DNA of 64,000 nt from a bacterium HR10 (lineage in GTDB: Bacteria; Acidobacteriota; Blastocatellia; HR10). The stretch covers positions 5,296 to 69,295 of the forward strand of contig BEHM01000014.1 in the NCBI GenBank assembly GCA_002923315.1. The letters run 5' to 3'. Position 1 is the first letter of the stretch. Every line of letters starts with the position of its first letter. The notes below the pieces were generated by a model. That model saw only the letters and a list, made by a program, of their open reading frames with translations, was not told where the DNA came from and ran no database searches. A program made the translations under genes and the position numbers. Positions 9,038-20,448 of the stretch are shown here, piece after piece.

Positions 9038-10555
9038 ATGCGCATATTGGCGAACCGAGAGAGACGAGTCCTCATCGGCGCGTTGCTGCTCATCGGGGTG
9101 AGTGGTCAGATGGCAGCCATGTCGGCGCAGCCGCCGCTTCGGACGGTGAAGCAGCTTCAGCGGCGCATCGAGGAGATCCTTCAGCGGCCCGAGTTCGCGA
9201 CCACGCGCTGGGGGATCCTCGTCGAGTCGTTGGATCGCGGGCGAGTGCTTGTGCAGCACGATGCGCATCAGCTCTTCACACCGGCCTCGAATGTGAAGCT
9301 CTACACGACGGCTGCGGCTTTAGTGCGTTTGGGGCCGGACTTTCGATTTCGCACCTCGGTCTACGCGCAGGCTCCGCCAGATGAGCGAGGGCATCTGGAG
9401 GGCGATGTGATCCTCTACGGGCGCGGCGATCCGAACCTCAGCACGCGAACCCTGACCGGCGGATACCTGACGCCGTTCTACAGCCTGGCCGATCAGCTGG
9501 TGCGCGCGGGGGTGCGCGAGATCTTCGGCGACATCGTGGGCGACGAGAGTTACTTCGTGGGACCGCGCTTGGGGGTCGGGTGGGAATGGGATGATCTGCA
9601 GTGGTACTACGGCGCGGAGGTGAGCGCCCTCTCGGTGGACGATAACTTCGTGGACCTGATCGTGCGGCCGGGCGAGCGCGAGGGGGAGCCCGTGCGAGTG
9701 ATCCTCTCGCCGCCATCGTCCTATTTGACGATCGTGAACCGCGCCGTGACGACGGCGGTCGGAACAGCGCAGCAGATCGCGATCGAGCGCGGGCTTCAGG
9801 ATAACGTGCTGGAGATTCGTGGAACGATGCCGCAGGAGAGCCTCGGGTATCGCGCCGCGATCGCCGTTCACCATCCCGCGCTGTATGCGGCCGCCCTCTT
9901 TCGGGAAGCGCTGCTGCGGCGCGGCATTCGCGTCCATGGTCGTGCCGTGGCGGTGGATTGGAAGGAACGACGCGCCCGCCCGCTCGATCTCAGTCGGATG
10001 GTCGAGCTGGCTTATGTCGAGTCTCCACCACTGCGGGAGGAGATCCGCGTGCTGAACAAGATCAGTCAGAATCTCCACGCCGAGCTGCTGCTGCGCGTCC
10101 TCGGAGCCGAGCTGAAGGGAGAAGGATCGGATGAGAAGGGGCTCGAGGTCATCTGGGAGTTCCTGGCTGAGATCGGCGCGCGGACGTCGGGCGTGCGGAT
10201 CCGCGATGGATCGGGCCTCTCGCGCCTGAATCTCATCGCGCCGGCGACGACGGTGGATCTGTTGCGCTTCATGGACCGGCATGAGTACGGGGCGATCTTT
10301 CGCGAATCGCTTCCGATCGCGGGGACGGACGGGACGCTGGAGCGGCGCATGCGGGGGACTCCGGCCGAGGGGAATGTGCGGGCGAAGACGGGCACGCTCG
10401 CGTACACATACACGCTCTCCGGGTACGTGACGACGGTGCGCGGCGAACGGCTCGTCTTCAGCGTCATGGTCAATCACCATACGGGTGAGGCGGCGCACGC
10501 TCTCGCGGCGCTGAATGAGCTGTGCGCGACGCTGGCCGCCTTCGCGGGATCATGA
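9038..10555 (+). CDS. dacB: D-alanyl-D-alanine carboxypeptidase/endopeptidase (PBP4, peptidase S13)
   Basis: Signal peptide. SxxK in ASNVKLYT, plus SQN and KTGT motifs. Confidence 0.8.
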   Translation: MRILANRERRVLIGALLLIGVSGQMAAMSAQPPLRTVKQLQRRIEEILQRPEFATTRWGILVESLDRGRVLVQHDAHQLFTPASNVKLYTTAAALVRLGPDFRFRTSVYAQAPPDERGHLEGDVILYGRGDPNLSTRTLTGGYLTPFYSLADQLVRAGVREIFGDIVGDESYFVGPRLGVGWEWDDLQWYYGAEVSALSVDDNFVDLIVRPGEREGEPVRVILSPPSSYLTIVNRAVTTAVGTAQQIAIERGLQDNVLEIRGTMPQESLGYRAAIAVHHPALYAAALFREALLRRGIRVHGRAVAVDWKERRARPLDLSRMVELAYVESPPLREEIRVLNKISQNLHAELLLRVLGAELKGEGSDEKGLEVIWEFLAEIGARTSGVRIRDGSGLSRLNLIAPATTVDLLRFMDRHEYGAIFRESLPIAGTDGTLERRMRGTPAEGNVRAKTGTLAYTYTLSGYVTTVRGERLVFSVMVNHHTGEAAHALAALNELCATLAAFAGS

Positions 10556-10605
10556 GGCGCGTCGGATCAGGACTCCCTCCGTCAAAAGGGGGCGGGCTCG
10601 TCTGC

Positions 10606-10635
10606 TTGACACCTTGGCTCGAATTTCGCTATCTT
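10606..10635 (+). promoter_or_regulatory. sigma70-like promoter candidate upstream of rplM (TTGACA-18 nt-TATCTT)
   Basis: Exact TTGACA at 10606-10611 and TATCTT at 10630-10635, 38 nt upstream of the rplM ATG. Confidence 0.35.
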
Positions 10636-10672
10636 TAGCGTTCGCCTTGAAGTCGGGAGGTCGAGGGAGAGC

Positions 10673-11107
10673 ATGAAGACTTACGTTCCGAGTGGGAAGG
10701 ATGTGGAACGGCAGCGGAAGTGGTATATCGTGGACGCGGCGGGCATGACCGTGGGTCGGTTGGCCTCGCGCGTGGCGCGGATTCTCATGGGCAAGCATAA
10801 GCCGGAGTACACGCCCTTCCTGGACCTGGGCGATCATGTGATCGTCATCAATGCGGCTCAGGTGCGCTTCACCGGGCGGAAGTGGGAGCAGAAGGTCTAC
10901 CGGTACCACACGGGGTATCCCGGGGGATTGAAGGAGATTCCGGCCAAGCGGATGCTGGCCGAGCATCCGGAGCGGATCGTCGAATGGGCGATCCTGGGGA
11001 TGTTGCCCAAGACGAAGCTGGGGAAGAAGATGGCGAAGAAGCTGCGCGTCTATGCGGGGCCCGAGCATCCGCATGAGGCGCAGCGACCGGAACCCTTGAC
11101 GTTCTAG
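10673..11107 (+). CDS. rplM: 50S ribosomal protein L13
   Basis: Clear uL13 sequence ([32 protein letters not shown]). Confidence 0.95.
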   Translation: MKTYVPSGKDVERQRKWYIVDAAGMTVGRLASRVARILMGKHKPEYTPFLDLGDHVIVINAAQVRFTGRKWEQKVYRYHTGYPGGLKEIPAKRMLAEHPERIVEWAILGMLPKTKLGKKMAKKLRVYAGPEHPHEAQRPEPLTF

Positions 11108-11115
11108 GAGTCGCC

Positions 11116-11511
11116 ATGGCGGAGATCATTCAGTATTGGGGGACGGGGCGACGCAAGACCTCGACGGCGCGCGTCATCTTGCGGCCGGGGTCGGGGCAGA
11201 TCACCGTCAATGGGCGCGCGCTGGAGGAGTATTTCCCGCTGGAGCGGCATCGCGCGACCATTCGGCAGCCGCTTCTGTTGACGGATACCTGGGGCAAATT
11301 CGATATCCGCGTGAACGTGCGCGGAGGGGGAATCACCGGACAGGCCGAGGCGATCCGACATGGGATCGCGCGCGCTCTGCTCGAATTCAATTCCGATCTG
11401 CGCCCCCGCTTGAAGGAGGCGGGCCTGCTCACTCGAGACGCGCGCATCAAGGAACGCAAGAAGTATGGGCAGAAAGGAGCCCGAAAGCGATTCCAATATT
11501 CCAAGCGCTGA
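11116..11511 (+). CDS. rpsI: 30S ribosomal protein S9
   Basis: Clear uS9 sequence ending in RKRFQYSKR. Confidence 0.95.
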   Translation: MAEIIQYWGTGRRKTSTARVILRPGSGQITVNGRALEEYFPLERHRATIRQPLLLTDTWGKFDIRVNVRGGGITGQAEAIRHGIARALLEFNSDLRPRLKEAGLLTRDARIKERKKYGQKGARKRFQYSKR

Positions 11512-11685
11512 TCTTCCGGGGAGACCCTCACGTGGGCTCTCGCGAGCTATCGCTTTGGTGGGCGAGGTCTCTGAACGCGATTCCCTGGAGCACTCCGCAT
11601 GGTCGTCCGAGCAGGGGGCGGCCCGTTGGAGGCGGGATGAGGGCGGCCGAGCTCTGAGACTACTTCTGAGGAGGGGAGAGCGACG

Positions 11686-12501
11686 GTGGTGACCATCACG
11701 ATGAAAGAACTGCTGGAAGCGGGCGTCCACTTCGGCCATCAGACGCACCGCTGGAACCCGAAGATGCGGGAATTCATCTTCGGGGAGCGCAACGGCATTC
11801 ACATCATTGACCTGCAGAAGACGCAGCGGTATTTCCGGGAGGCCGTGAAGTTCGTCACCGAGATGGCCGCGAAAGGCAAGACCTTCCTCTTTGTGGGAAC
11901 GAAGCGACAGGCGCAGGAGGCCATCGCCGAGGAGGCCACCCGCTGCGGTCAGTTCTATGTCAATCACCGATGGTTGGGCGGATTGCTGACGAATTTCCAG
12001 ACAATTCGGAAATCCATTCAGAAGCTCCAGGAGCTGGAGCAGATGAAAGCCGACGGGCGGCTGGAGCAGCTCCCGAAGAAGGAGGCCATTCGGCTGGAGC
12101 GCAAGCGCGCCGCCTTGGAGAAGAACTTCGCGGGGATTCGCCAGATGACGCGATTGCCCGATGTCCTCTTCGTCATTGATACGGAGAAGGAGGAGCTGGC
12201 CGTGCGGGAGGCCAAGCGATTGGGAATCCCCATTGTGGCCGTCGTGGACACGAACTGCGATCCCGAAGGGATTGATTATCCCATCCCGGGCAATGATGAT
12301 GCGCTCCGCGCCGTGCGGCTGTTCGTCTCCAAGATCGCGGATGCGATCATCGAGGGACGGCAGATGATGAAGGAGATGGCACCGGAGGTCGCGGAAGCGG
12401 CTCCGGCTGAGGCCGCCGTCTCATCCCAGGCGGAGACGCCAGCGGTGAGCGAGGTGGAGCGATTCCTGGAATTTGAGGAGGAGATTCCCGAGCGGGAGTG
12501 A
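11686..12501 (+). CDS. rpsB: 30S ribosomal protein S2
   Basis: [40 protein letters not shown] upstream. Start may be GTG 11686 or ATG 11701. Confidence 0.95.
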   Translation: MVTITMKELLEAGVHFGHQTHRWNPKMREFIFGERNGIHIIDLQKTQRYFREAVKFVTEMAAKGKTFLFVGTKRQAQEAIAEEATRCGQFYVNHRWLGGLLTNFQTIRKSIQKLQELEQMKADGRLEQLPKKEAIRLERKRAALEKNFAGIRQMTRLPDVLFVIDTEKEELAVREAKRLGIPIVAVVDTNCDPEGIDYPIPGNDDALRAVRLFVSKIADAIIEGRQMMKEMAPEVAEAAPAEAAVSSQAETPAVSEVERFLEFEEEIPERE

Positions 12502-12507
12502 GGGACC

Positions 12508-13143
12508 ATGGCTGAGATCTCGGCACAAGCGGTGAAAGCTCTTCGTGACAAGACCGGCGTGGGGATCATGGAATGCCGGGCGGCGTTGATCGAAGCGGGG
12601 GGGGATGAGGAGAAAGCCATTGAGATCCTCCGCAAGCGCGGCCTGGCGGCCGCGAAGCGAAAAGAGGGGCGGGTGACCACCGAGGGGATCATCGGCTCCT
12701 ATGTGCATCATGGGAGCAAGATCGGCGTCCTGGTGGAGGTGAACTGCGAGACGGACTTCGTGGCGCGCAATCCCGAGTTTCAGCAATTCGTGAAGGACTT
12801 GGCCATGCACATTTGCGCGGCCGAGCCCCGCTACATCCGCAAAGAGGACGTGCCCGAAGACGTGCTCGCCAAGGAGCGGGAGATCGCCCGCGAGCAGGCT
12901 CTGGCCGATCCGAAGATGGCGGGGAAGCCGGAGGCCGTGCTGGAGCGCATCATCGAAGGGCGTCTGGCGAAGTTCTACGCCGAGACGGTGCTGCTGGAGC
13001 AGCCCTTCATCAAGGACCCGACCAAGACGATCTATCAATTGCTCGCGGAGCTGATCGCGAAGTTCGGGGAGAACATTCGTATTCGGAGGTTCACGCGATA
13101 CAAGCTGGGGGAGGATTCAACGCTCTCGGCCGGGGGCGGTTGA
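12508..13143 (+). CDS. tsf: translation elongation factor Ts (short form)
   Basis: UBA-like N-terminus [36 protein letters not shown]. Conserved rpsB-tsf order. Confidence 0.9.
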   Translation: MAEISAQAVKALRDKTGVGIMECRAALIEAGGDEEKAIEILRKRGLAAAKRKEGRVTTEGIIGSYVHHGSKIGVLVEVNCETDFVARNPEFQQFVKDLAMHICAAEPRYIRKEDVPEDVLAKEREIAREQALADPKMAGKPEAVLERIIEGRLAKFYAETVLLEQPFIKDPTKTIYQLLAELIAKFGENIRIRRFTRYKLGEDSTLSAGGG

Positions 13144-13151
13144 GCGGTTCG

Positions 13152-13177
13152 GCCCCTCCTTCGCGAGGGGCTTTTTT
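13152..13177 (+). terminator. intrinsic terminator after tsf
   Basis: GCCCCTC-cttcgc-GAGGGGC perfect 7-bp stem immediately followed by TTTTTT. Confidence 0.65.
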
Positions 13178-13183
13178 ATATGA

Positions 13184-13954
<771 letters not shown>

Positions 13955-13968
13955 CGGGGGAGGGGGAT

Positions 13969-14526
13969 ATGATCAAGGATGTCTTGACGAATGCCAAGAC
14001 CCGCATGGAGGCGGCGATCGAGGATTGTCGTCGGAAGCTGGCGTCGGTGCGCACGGGCCGGGCGTCAACGAGTCTCCTCGATCAGATCATCGTCGAGTAC
14101 TACGGCACGCCGATGCCGCTCACTCAGGTGGCTCAAGTGCACGCGCCGGAGCCGACGCTGCTCACTGTTCAACCCTACGACCCCTCATTGCTGCCCACGA
14201 TCGAGCGGGCGATCCTGGCGTCCGATCTCGGTTTGACCCCGTCCAATGACGGGCGCATCATTCGGATCCCCATTCCGCCGCTGACGGAGGAGCGGCGACG
14301 GCAATTGGCGAAAGTCGTGGGGGAGATCGCCGAGGATCATCGCACGGCGGTGCGCAACATCCGGCGCGATGCCAACGAGCGCTTGAAGAAGATGTGCAAG
14401 GACAAGCTCATCTCCGAGGACGATGAGCGACGCGCCCTGGAGGAGGTGCAGAAGCTGACCGATGCCGCGATCGAGCGGATCAACGAGCTGGCGAGGAAGA
14501 AGGAGGAGGAGCTTCTGGGGCGGTGA
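13969..14526 (+). CDS. frr: ribosome recycling factor
   Basis: Typical RRF sequence ([24 protein letters not shown]). pyrH-frr order. Confidence 0.95.
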   Translation: MIKDVLTNAKTRMEAAIEDCRRKLASVRTGRASTSLLDQIIVEYYGTPMPLTQVAQVHAPEPTLLTVQPYDPSLLPTIERAILASDLGLTPSNDGRIIRIPIPPLTEERRRQLAKVVGEIAEDHRTAVRNIRRDANERLKKMCKDKLISEDDERRALEEVQKLTDAAIERINELARKKEEELLGR

Positions 14527-14539
14527 GTCGGCGCCGACT

Positions 14540-15682
14540 TCAGGACGGATGCGGCGCGCCCAGCGATGAGGCGACGCGCGCCCGCTCCCGCGCAGGGAGC
14601 GCCTCGGGAACCTCCGTGTCCGGTCGGGTGTGACCGACGAGCGCTCCGCCAACCTCCTTGGCGAAGACGAGCCGTGTCGGATCCTTCGGATCCACGTCCA
14701 CGATCACGACATCCCCAGTCTCGATCTGCCGCGTCGCGACGAGATTGGAGAGCGGGAAGACCAGGAAACGTTCCAGAGCGCGCCGCAGATGGCGCGCGCC
14801 ATACTTGTAGTCGGTCCCCTCTCGCAAGAGCAGCTCCTTGGCGGCATCCGTGCAGGTGAAGATGAATTTGGGCGCCGATGACTTCATGATTCGTTGTTGG
14901 ATGAGCTTCAGCTCGATCTCCAGGATCTGTCGCAAGTGCTCTTCCTTGAGGGAGCGGAAGACGACGACCTTGTCAATGCGGTTCATGAATTCGGGGGAGA
15001 AGCGACGCCGGGCTGCTTCCAGGGCGGTGCGGTAAATCTTCTGGTCCACGACCGAATCCTGCTGCCCTTGTTTCGGGGTGAAGCCGATCCCTCCGGAGAT
15101 CAGTTCGGCCATCTCCTTGGCGCCCAGGTTCGAGGTCATGATGATGATGCACCGGGAGAAATCCACCTTGCGGTTATCGCCGAGCGTGAGCGTGGCGCGA
15201 TCCAGGATGCCCAGAAGGAGTTGCCAGAGGGCATCGGAGGCCTTCTCGATCTCGTCGAACAGGACGAGAGTCAGCTTCAGCGTCTCCGTGTGGTAGCGAT
15301 CGAGGTTCTCCTGAGTCAGCAACGGCGGGGTCTCCCGGTGTCCGAGGTATCCGGGCGGCGAGCCGATCAGTTTGGCGATCTCATGGCTGTGCTGGAATTC
15401 GGCGCAATCAATTTTCACCAGGGCGGTGGGATCGCCGAAGAGGATCTCCGCACATGCCTCGACGATGCGCGTCTTGCCCGATCCCGTCGGTCCCAGAAAG
15501 AGCAGCGATCCAATGGGACGTCCCGGGGGACAGAGCCCGGCCAGGTAGACCTGGTAGAGATGGGCCAGGCGCCGCACGGCCCGATCCTGACCGACGATGC
15601 GCTCCAAGAGTTTCCGTTCGAACTCTTCGACCTGTGGGTGTCGCCGTTCCGGGTTGAGGAGGACTCGCGTTGGCGCCGCCAT
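14540..15682 (-). CDS. stand-alone AAA+ ATPase equivalent to the D2 module of ClpA/ClpB
   Basis: Walker A GPTGSGKT, Walker B LVLFDEIEKA, and a ClpB D2-small region KYGARHLRRALERF. No N-domain, no D1 module and no middle domain. Confidence 0.7.
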   Translation of the reverse strand: MAAPTRVLLNPERRHPQVEEFERKLLERIVGQDRAVRRLAHLYQVYLAGLCPPGRPIGSLLFLGPTGSGKTRIVEACAEILFGDPTALVKIDCAEFQHSHEIAKLIGSPPGYLGHRETPPLLTQENLDRYHTETLKLTLVLFDEIEKASDALWQLLLGILDRATLTLGDNRKVDFSRCIIIMTSNLGAKEMAELISGGIGFTPKQGQQDSVVDQKIYRTALEAARRRFSPEFMNRIDKVVVFRSLKEEHLRQILEIELKLIQQRIMKSSAPKFIFTCTDAAKELLLREGTDYKYGARHLRRALERFLVFPLSNLVATRQIETGDVVIVDVDPKDPTRLVFAKEVGGALVGHTRPDTEVPEALPARERARVASSLGAPHPS

Positions 15683-15855
15683 GTCCCTTTTCCTCCCTCG
15701 CCTTACCTTCCTGCGCTTCCCACCGCCTTAGACGTCATCCTCGCGCGCGATGTTGCCTCCACCGGGGAATTATAGGGCGAGTGGCGCGCGCGCCGTCAAG
15801 AATCCGCGCCCGACGCTGCGTCAATCTCTCCGGCCGTGAGGGGGGAATTTTCCGC

Positions 15856-15884
15856 TTGACAACTCGCGGTCTTGCCTATAGTCT
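15856..15884 (+). promoter_or_regulatory. promoter candidate about 230 nt upstream of the KAS III-like gene (TTGACA ... TATAGT/TAGTCT)
   Basis: Exact TTGACA at 15856-15861. TATAGT follows after 15 nt, or TAGTCT after 17 nt. Confidence 0.3.
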
Positions 15885-16114
15885 TTGCTACTCGCCGGCG
15901 TTCGGTTTCGCGAGCGTTCGGCGTCGTGCGAACCTTGAGGCCGCGAGCCGATATGAGGAGCGAGGCCTGTGAGTCTACGGATGTGGCGTGGCGGGCGGCG
16001 CGCGCACGGCGCGACTTCCCGCGGGATCCTTCATCGTGGGCGATACATGGGGGTGAGTTTCCCCGCATCGGCTGAGACCTGGACGGTGAGATTTTCCTCT
16101 CAGGAGGAGCGACG

Positions 16115-17098
16115 ATGATCTACAACTATGCGGGTATTCCAGCGCGGATTGCGGCGACGGGATCGTACCTGCCAGAGCGCGTGATCACGAACTCGGAGAT
16201 TCTCGGGCTCGAAGAATCCGACGGGCAGATTCGGCGACTCCTGGGAGCTGTCGAGCGTCGGGCGGTGAGTGAGGGGGAGGCGTGCTCAGATATCATCGTC
16301 AAAGCGGCGAGGCGGATTCTCGAGACGGCGCGCCTCTCGCCTGAGGACGTGGATCGCATCATCGTCAGCGCGACGCCGGGGGATTATCATGAACCCTCGA
16401 CGGCCAGCGTCGTGCAATACAAGCTCGGGGCGTACTGCCCAGCCGTGGACATCGGCATGTCCTGCGTGGGATGGGTGGCCGGGATGGACTACGCCCTGCG
16501 GTGCATCGCGACCGGGGAACGGCGCATTCTCGTCCTGGCCGGGACGATCGTCTCGCGCGGGAATCCCTTTCGCAATCCGATGCATCGGGCCATCTTCGGC
16601 GATGGGGCGGGCGGTGTCCTCCTGGAGGCGACGGATCGCGGGCGGTTCTTCTCCGGCGGGCTCTGGACCAAAGGCGAATACTATGATGTGATCACCATGC
16701 CGCATGAGACCTCCCTGCATTCGCCCCGCATCCCCCCTGAATATCGGGGGAGCTTTTATATGGGGCGGCGGGAGATCATGTTCGACGTCTTACGCAACCA
16801 TCTGGGGGCCTGCATCGAGGGGGCGTTACATGTGGCCGGGATCTCCCGCGAGGAGATCACTGTGGCGTTCATCCATCAGCCGAGCAAGCCGCTGTTTGAG
16901 GAGGCTGCGCGAGCCTCGGGAATCCCGCGCGAGCGCATCATTCAGGATTATGAGCGGTACGGGAATACGATCTCAGCCGAGCTGCCGATCTCGCTCGACG
17001 AGAGCGTGCGAAACGGTCGTGTGAAGCGTGGGGATAAGATCCTGATGGTGACTTTCGGTGCGGGGTTCAATGCGGGCGTTCTGGTCTTCGAGTACTGA
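16115..17098 (+). CDS. 3-oxoacyl-ACP synthase III (FabH/KAS III)-like condensing enzyme
   Basis: Cys-His-Asn triad contexts DIGMSCVGW, FIHQPSK, YGNTISAELP. AGGAGG SD upstream. Confidence 0.8.
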   Translation: MIYNYAGIPARIAATGSYLPERVITNSEILGLEESDGQIRRLLGAVERRAVSEGEACSDIIVKAARRILETARLSPEDVDRIIVSATPGDYHEPSTASVVQYKLGAYCPAVDIGMSCVGWVAGMDYALRCIATGERRILVLAGTIVSRGNPFRNPMHRAIFGDGAGGVLLEATDRGRFFSGGLWTKGEYYDVITMPHETSLHSPRIPPEYRGSFYMGRREIMFDVLRNHLGACIEGALHVAGISREEITVAFIHQPSKPLFEEAARASGIPRERIIQDYERYGNTISAELPISLDESVRNGRVKRGDKILMVTFGAGFNAGVLVFEY

Positions 17099-17259
17099 AG
17101 CCCCTTGAGAGAGCGTCCCGGGCTCGGTCTCTTCGACCATCCTCGGTCTCATCTCTGCTGCCGGCCGGACGCTCCGATGATCGCCAACATGCGCGTGGGA
17201 TCATGCGCCGGTCTCGTGCTCGTGGTTCGGAGGCGCGCTGAGAGGGCTGCAGCTGGGTC

Positions 17260-18549
17260 ATGAGGGGGCGAATTCTCTTCACGCCGGTCTCCACGGTTCT
17301 GGCGCATGCCGGGCGCTCGGTGATGGTGGCGCGGGAACTCGGGCGGCGAGGCCATCAGGTCATCCTCGCGGGCGCGCCTCGATTGCTTCGAGATCCGGCG
17401 CTTGAGGATCCGCAGCTCGAGTATGCGGAGCTTCCGGACGTCCCCCCCGGCGAGGGATTGCAGATCCTGCGCTCCCTGTGGAAGCGGCCCGACCCGCGAT
17501 GGCTCGAAGCGCACGTGCGCGCCGAACTGGAGCTGCTCGATCGGGCGCGGCCAGACATCGTCGTGGTGGATTTTCGGTTGACCATGTTTCTCTCGGCGCG
17601 AGTGCGGCGGGTGCCCGTCGTCTCCCTCCTGGGCGGGCGATGGCTCTATCCATATGCGGCCAGGCCCTATCGAGCCTTTCGGACCGCTCCCGCTTTCTGG
17701 ATCCGACGTCTATTGGGGAAGCGGGTCGGCGACTTCGTGATCCCCCGAAGCTTCCGCTGGCTCTTGCGCTATAAGATCCGCCCCTATTGGCACCTCTTCG
17801 CGCGCTACGGTGTGGAACCGGGTCGTGATCTGTGGGACCTTTTCCTCGGCGATCTGAATCTGATCCTGGACAGCGAGCTGCTCGCCCCGACGCGACCACT
17901 GCCGGAGAACTTCGTGCGCGTCGGGCCGATTCACTGGGAACCCACTCTGCCTGAGCCCGAGTGGCTCGGCGCGTGGACGGTCGTGCGGCCCGTCATCTAC
18001 GTGACGCTCGGGAGCACGGGGCATCCGCTCCTGTTCCGCCAATTGCTGGATGTCCTTGGTCGGACCCCATATCGCATCATCCTGACGACGGGTGGGCAGA
18101 TCAGTCTCGCGCCGGAGGAGATCCCTGCGAACATGCGCGTCGAGACGTTCCTGCCCGGACGGCTCGTGATGGAGCGATCGGACCTGGTGATCTGTCATGG
18201 AGGAGCTGGAACGGTCTATCAAGCGATCGCGGCAGGAACGCCCTGTTTGATCATCGCCACGCACTTCGAGCAGGAGCTGCTCGGACAGGAGATCGAGGCG
18301 CAGGGGGCCGGACGATTGCTGACGCTCCCTGAGGTTCTCAGGGATGAGACCACATTGCCGCGAGCTCTAACGGAGATGCTCGAGCGTCGCGCCGAATATG
18401 CCCGGAATATGCGCCGGTTGCAACAGGCCCATCAGGGGCTCGACGGTGTGCGGGCCGCCGCCGATGCCATCGAGGCGTTCTTGAGCCAGAGGCTCGCCGC
18501 GCCGGCGCTCGCTCATGCTGGAGGTGCTCCCCGGACGATGGAGAGATGA
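17260..18549 (+). CDS. GT-B glycosyltransferase, GT1/MGT (UDP-glycosyltransferase)-like
   Basis: N-terminal RILFTPVSTVLAHAGRSVMVARELGRRGH and C-terminal donor-binding HGGAGTVYQAIAAGTPCL. Confidence 0.7.
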   Translation: MRGRILFTPVSTVLAHAGRSVMVARELGRRGHQVILAGAPRLLRDPALEDPQLEYAELPDVPPGEGLQILRSLWKRPDPRWLEAHVRAELELLDRARPDIVVVDFRLTMFLSARVRRVPVVSLLGGRWLYPYAARPYRAFRTAPAFWIRRLLGKRVGDFVIPRSFRWLLRYKIRPYWHLFARYGVEPGRDLWDLFLGDLNLILDSELLAPTRPLPENFVRVGPIHWEPTLPEPEWLGAWTVVRPVIYVTLGSTGHPLLFRQLLDVLGRTPYRIILTTGGQISLAPEEIPANMRVETFLPGRLVMERSDLVICHGGAGTVYQAIAAGTPCLIIATHFEQELLGQEIEAQGAGRLLTLPEVLRDETTLPRALTEMLERRAEYARNMRRLQQAHQGLDGVRAAADAIEAFLSQRLAAPALAHAGGAPRTMER

Positions 18550-19832
18550 CGATGATGGAGATCCTCATGTGGGGAATCGCGCTCTTCTGGCTCGTGCTCC
18601 TGTTGGGCGTCCTGCGTCTCCACCGCTATCGGATTCTGCTCCGCCCGCTTGAGTGGGCGTCGGAGCGCAGCGAGGTCTCGTCCGAATGGCCGCTGGTCTC
18701 GGTCCTGGTTCCCGCTCGGAATGAGGAGCATCGCATCTTGCGAGAAGCTCTGGGTTCGATCCTGCGGCAGGATTATCCGAATGTGGAGGTTCTGGTCGTC
18801 AACGATCGTTCGACAGATCGGACGTCGGAGATCCTTCGGGAGATCGCGCGCGAGGATGCCCGGATGCAGGTGATCGAGGGTGAGGAACCACCGCCCGGAT
18901 GGCTGGGCAAGCCCTTCGCCTTGCATCAAGCGTCCCTCAGGGCGCGCGGGGAATGGCTCTTGGCGGTAGATGCCGACGTGCTCCTGCATCCGGCGGCGCT
19001 TCGCACGGCCGTGCAATTCGCCCGGGACCGAGAGCTGGATGCCCTCTCGCTGTTGCCGCGATTCGAGGACGTGAGTTTCTGGGATCGCGTCATTGAGCCT
19101 CAGGCGCTGAATCTCCTGCGCGTGGGCATGCTCGTGGCCGCGTGGAGGGAGCGGACGCGACGAGAGAGGCCGCGGCGGCGCGTGCGTTCCGTTGAAGCGC
19201 GGCATCCTCTGGCACTCCTCCATGCCTACGTGGGCGATCGCGCCTTCACGATTGGCGCCTTCACGCTCGTGCGGCGGGAGGCGCTGAGGGGCATCGGAGG
19301 GTACGCGGCGATTCGCGGAGAGGTCCTGGATGAGACGATTCTGGGCATGCGGCTCCGGCAGTGCGGTTATCGCGTGGCGGCTGTAGACGGCACGCTCCTG
19401 ATTCGCACACCGGCCCGTGGGACATTACGGGAACTGTGGGAGGCATATAGCCGCTCGATCTGCGCGGCCATTGGAGGACATTGGCTTCGCGCCCTCGTGG
19501 GGGGAGGCGCGCTCCTTTTGCTCGCGGTCTCTCCCCCATTCGTCGCACTGTGGGGCATGTGGCAGAGGGCGTGGTTCCTCGCGATCCCGGCCGCCGTCGC
19601 CTACGGTGCGATGAGTGTGCTCAGCGCGCGATTGAGCGAGGGGGACGGAACGCCCAGAGGGTATGGGTTGCTCGCCTTCCTCGGCTACGCCGTCTTCGCG
19701 CTCATCGCGTTCACAGCGCCGTGGCGCCTTCGCTTCGGCCGGGGCGTCATGTGGCGCGGGCGATGCGTCTGTGGCGCGCGCTCAAAGATCCAGGCGTCAT
19801 TCGCGATGGCGGAGCATCCCGGCGATGTATAG
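18546..19832 (+). CDS. membrane-embedded family 2 glycosyltransferase
   Basis: ATGA overlap with the upstream gene. N-terminal TM helix, GT-A core VSVLVPARNEE..VVNDRSTDRT..AVDADV, and several C-terminal TM helices. Confidence 0.75.
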   Translation: MTMMEILMWGIALFWLVLLLGVLRLHRYRILLRPLEWASERSEVSSEWPLVSVLVPARNEEHRILREALGSILRQDYPNVEVLVVNDRSTDRTSEILREIAREDARMQVIEGEEPPPGWLGKPFALHQASLRARGEWLLAVDADVLLHPAALRTAVQFARDRELDALSLLPRFEDVSFWDRVIEPQALNLLRVGMLVAAWRERTRRERPRRRVRSVEARHPLALLHAYVGDRAFTIGAFTLVRREALRGIGGYAAIRGEVLDETILGMRLRQCGYRVAAVDGTLLIRTPARGTLRELWEAYSRSICAAIGGHWLRALVGGGALLLLAVSPPFVALWGMWQRAWFLAIPAAVAYGAMSVLSARLSEGDGTPRGYGLLAFLGYAVFALIAFTAPWRLRFGRGVMWRGRCVCGARSKIQASFAMAEHPGDV

Positions 19833-20448
19833 GGGGGATCACGCGACGACCAGTCGAGCCTACTTCGAGTATCTCACAGGAGCCGGATATCCACGCTGGC
19901 TCGTGCGCCTGGTCTTCGCCCTGTTGGAGCGCTCGTTTCGACCGCATCGGCGGGAATTTCAAGGGCGCGTTCTGGACGTGGGATGCGGAATCGGGCACTT
20001 CTTCCGCGTCTATCCGGATGCCATCGGCGTGGATCATAACTTCTACTGCGTGCGCTATTGCGTCGAGCGGGGGTATCGGTGCGTCCAGGGCGATCTCTAT
20101 CATCTCCCCTTTCCGGCGGAATCCTTCGATGGTGTCCTGCTCTGTCATGTGCTCGAACACCTGGAGGCGCCGGAGGCGGCGCTCGATGAGGTCCGGCGCG
20201 TCCTCAAGCCGGGCGGCGTCTTGAGCATTCGCGTGCCGACGGCGACGGGCTTCAAGGTGGATCGCACGCATCGGACGTTCTTCGATTATCCGCGCCTCGT
20301 GCGCGTGCTCATGCCGCGGGGCTTCTCGATCGTCGCCAAGCGCTATTATCCCATCCCGTGGCGCGCGCTCGGGGAGTTGATCGTGTACAACGAGCTGCGC
20401 GTCCTCGCCGTCAAGAAGGCGGAGGAATTCGGGAAGGAATCCACATGA
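19825..20448 (+). CDS. class I SAM-dependent methyltransferase
   Basis: Motif I VLDVGCGIGHF, then LKPGGVL. The ATG at 19825 overlaps the upstream stop by 8 nt. The longer ORF from 19663 is an out-of-frame overlap with the GT2 gene. Confidence 0.75.
   Translation: MYRGDHATTSRAYFEYLTGAGYPRWLVRLVFALLERSFRPHRREFQGRVLDVGCGIGHFFRVYPDAIGVDHNFYCVRYCVERGYRCVQGDLYHLPFPAESFDGVLLCHVLEHLEAPEAALDEVRRVLKPGGVLSIRVPTATGFKVDRTHRTFFDYPRLVRVLMPRGFSIVAKRYYPIPWRALGELIVYNELRVLAVKKAEEFGKEST

Noticed and set aside
15872-16075. Small ORFs (60-100 aa) in the 15.7-16.1 kb intergenic region as real genes.
   Set aside because: Their composition is Arg/Ala-rich, they have no SD, and the frames overlap on both strands. 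They are treated as non-coding leader sequence.
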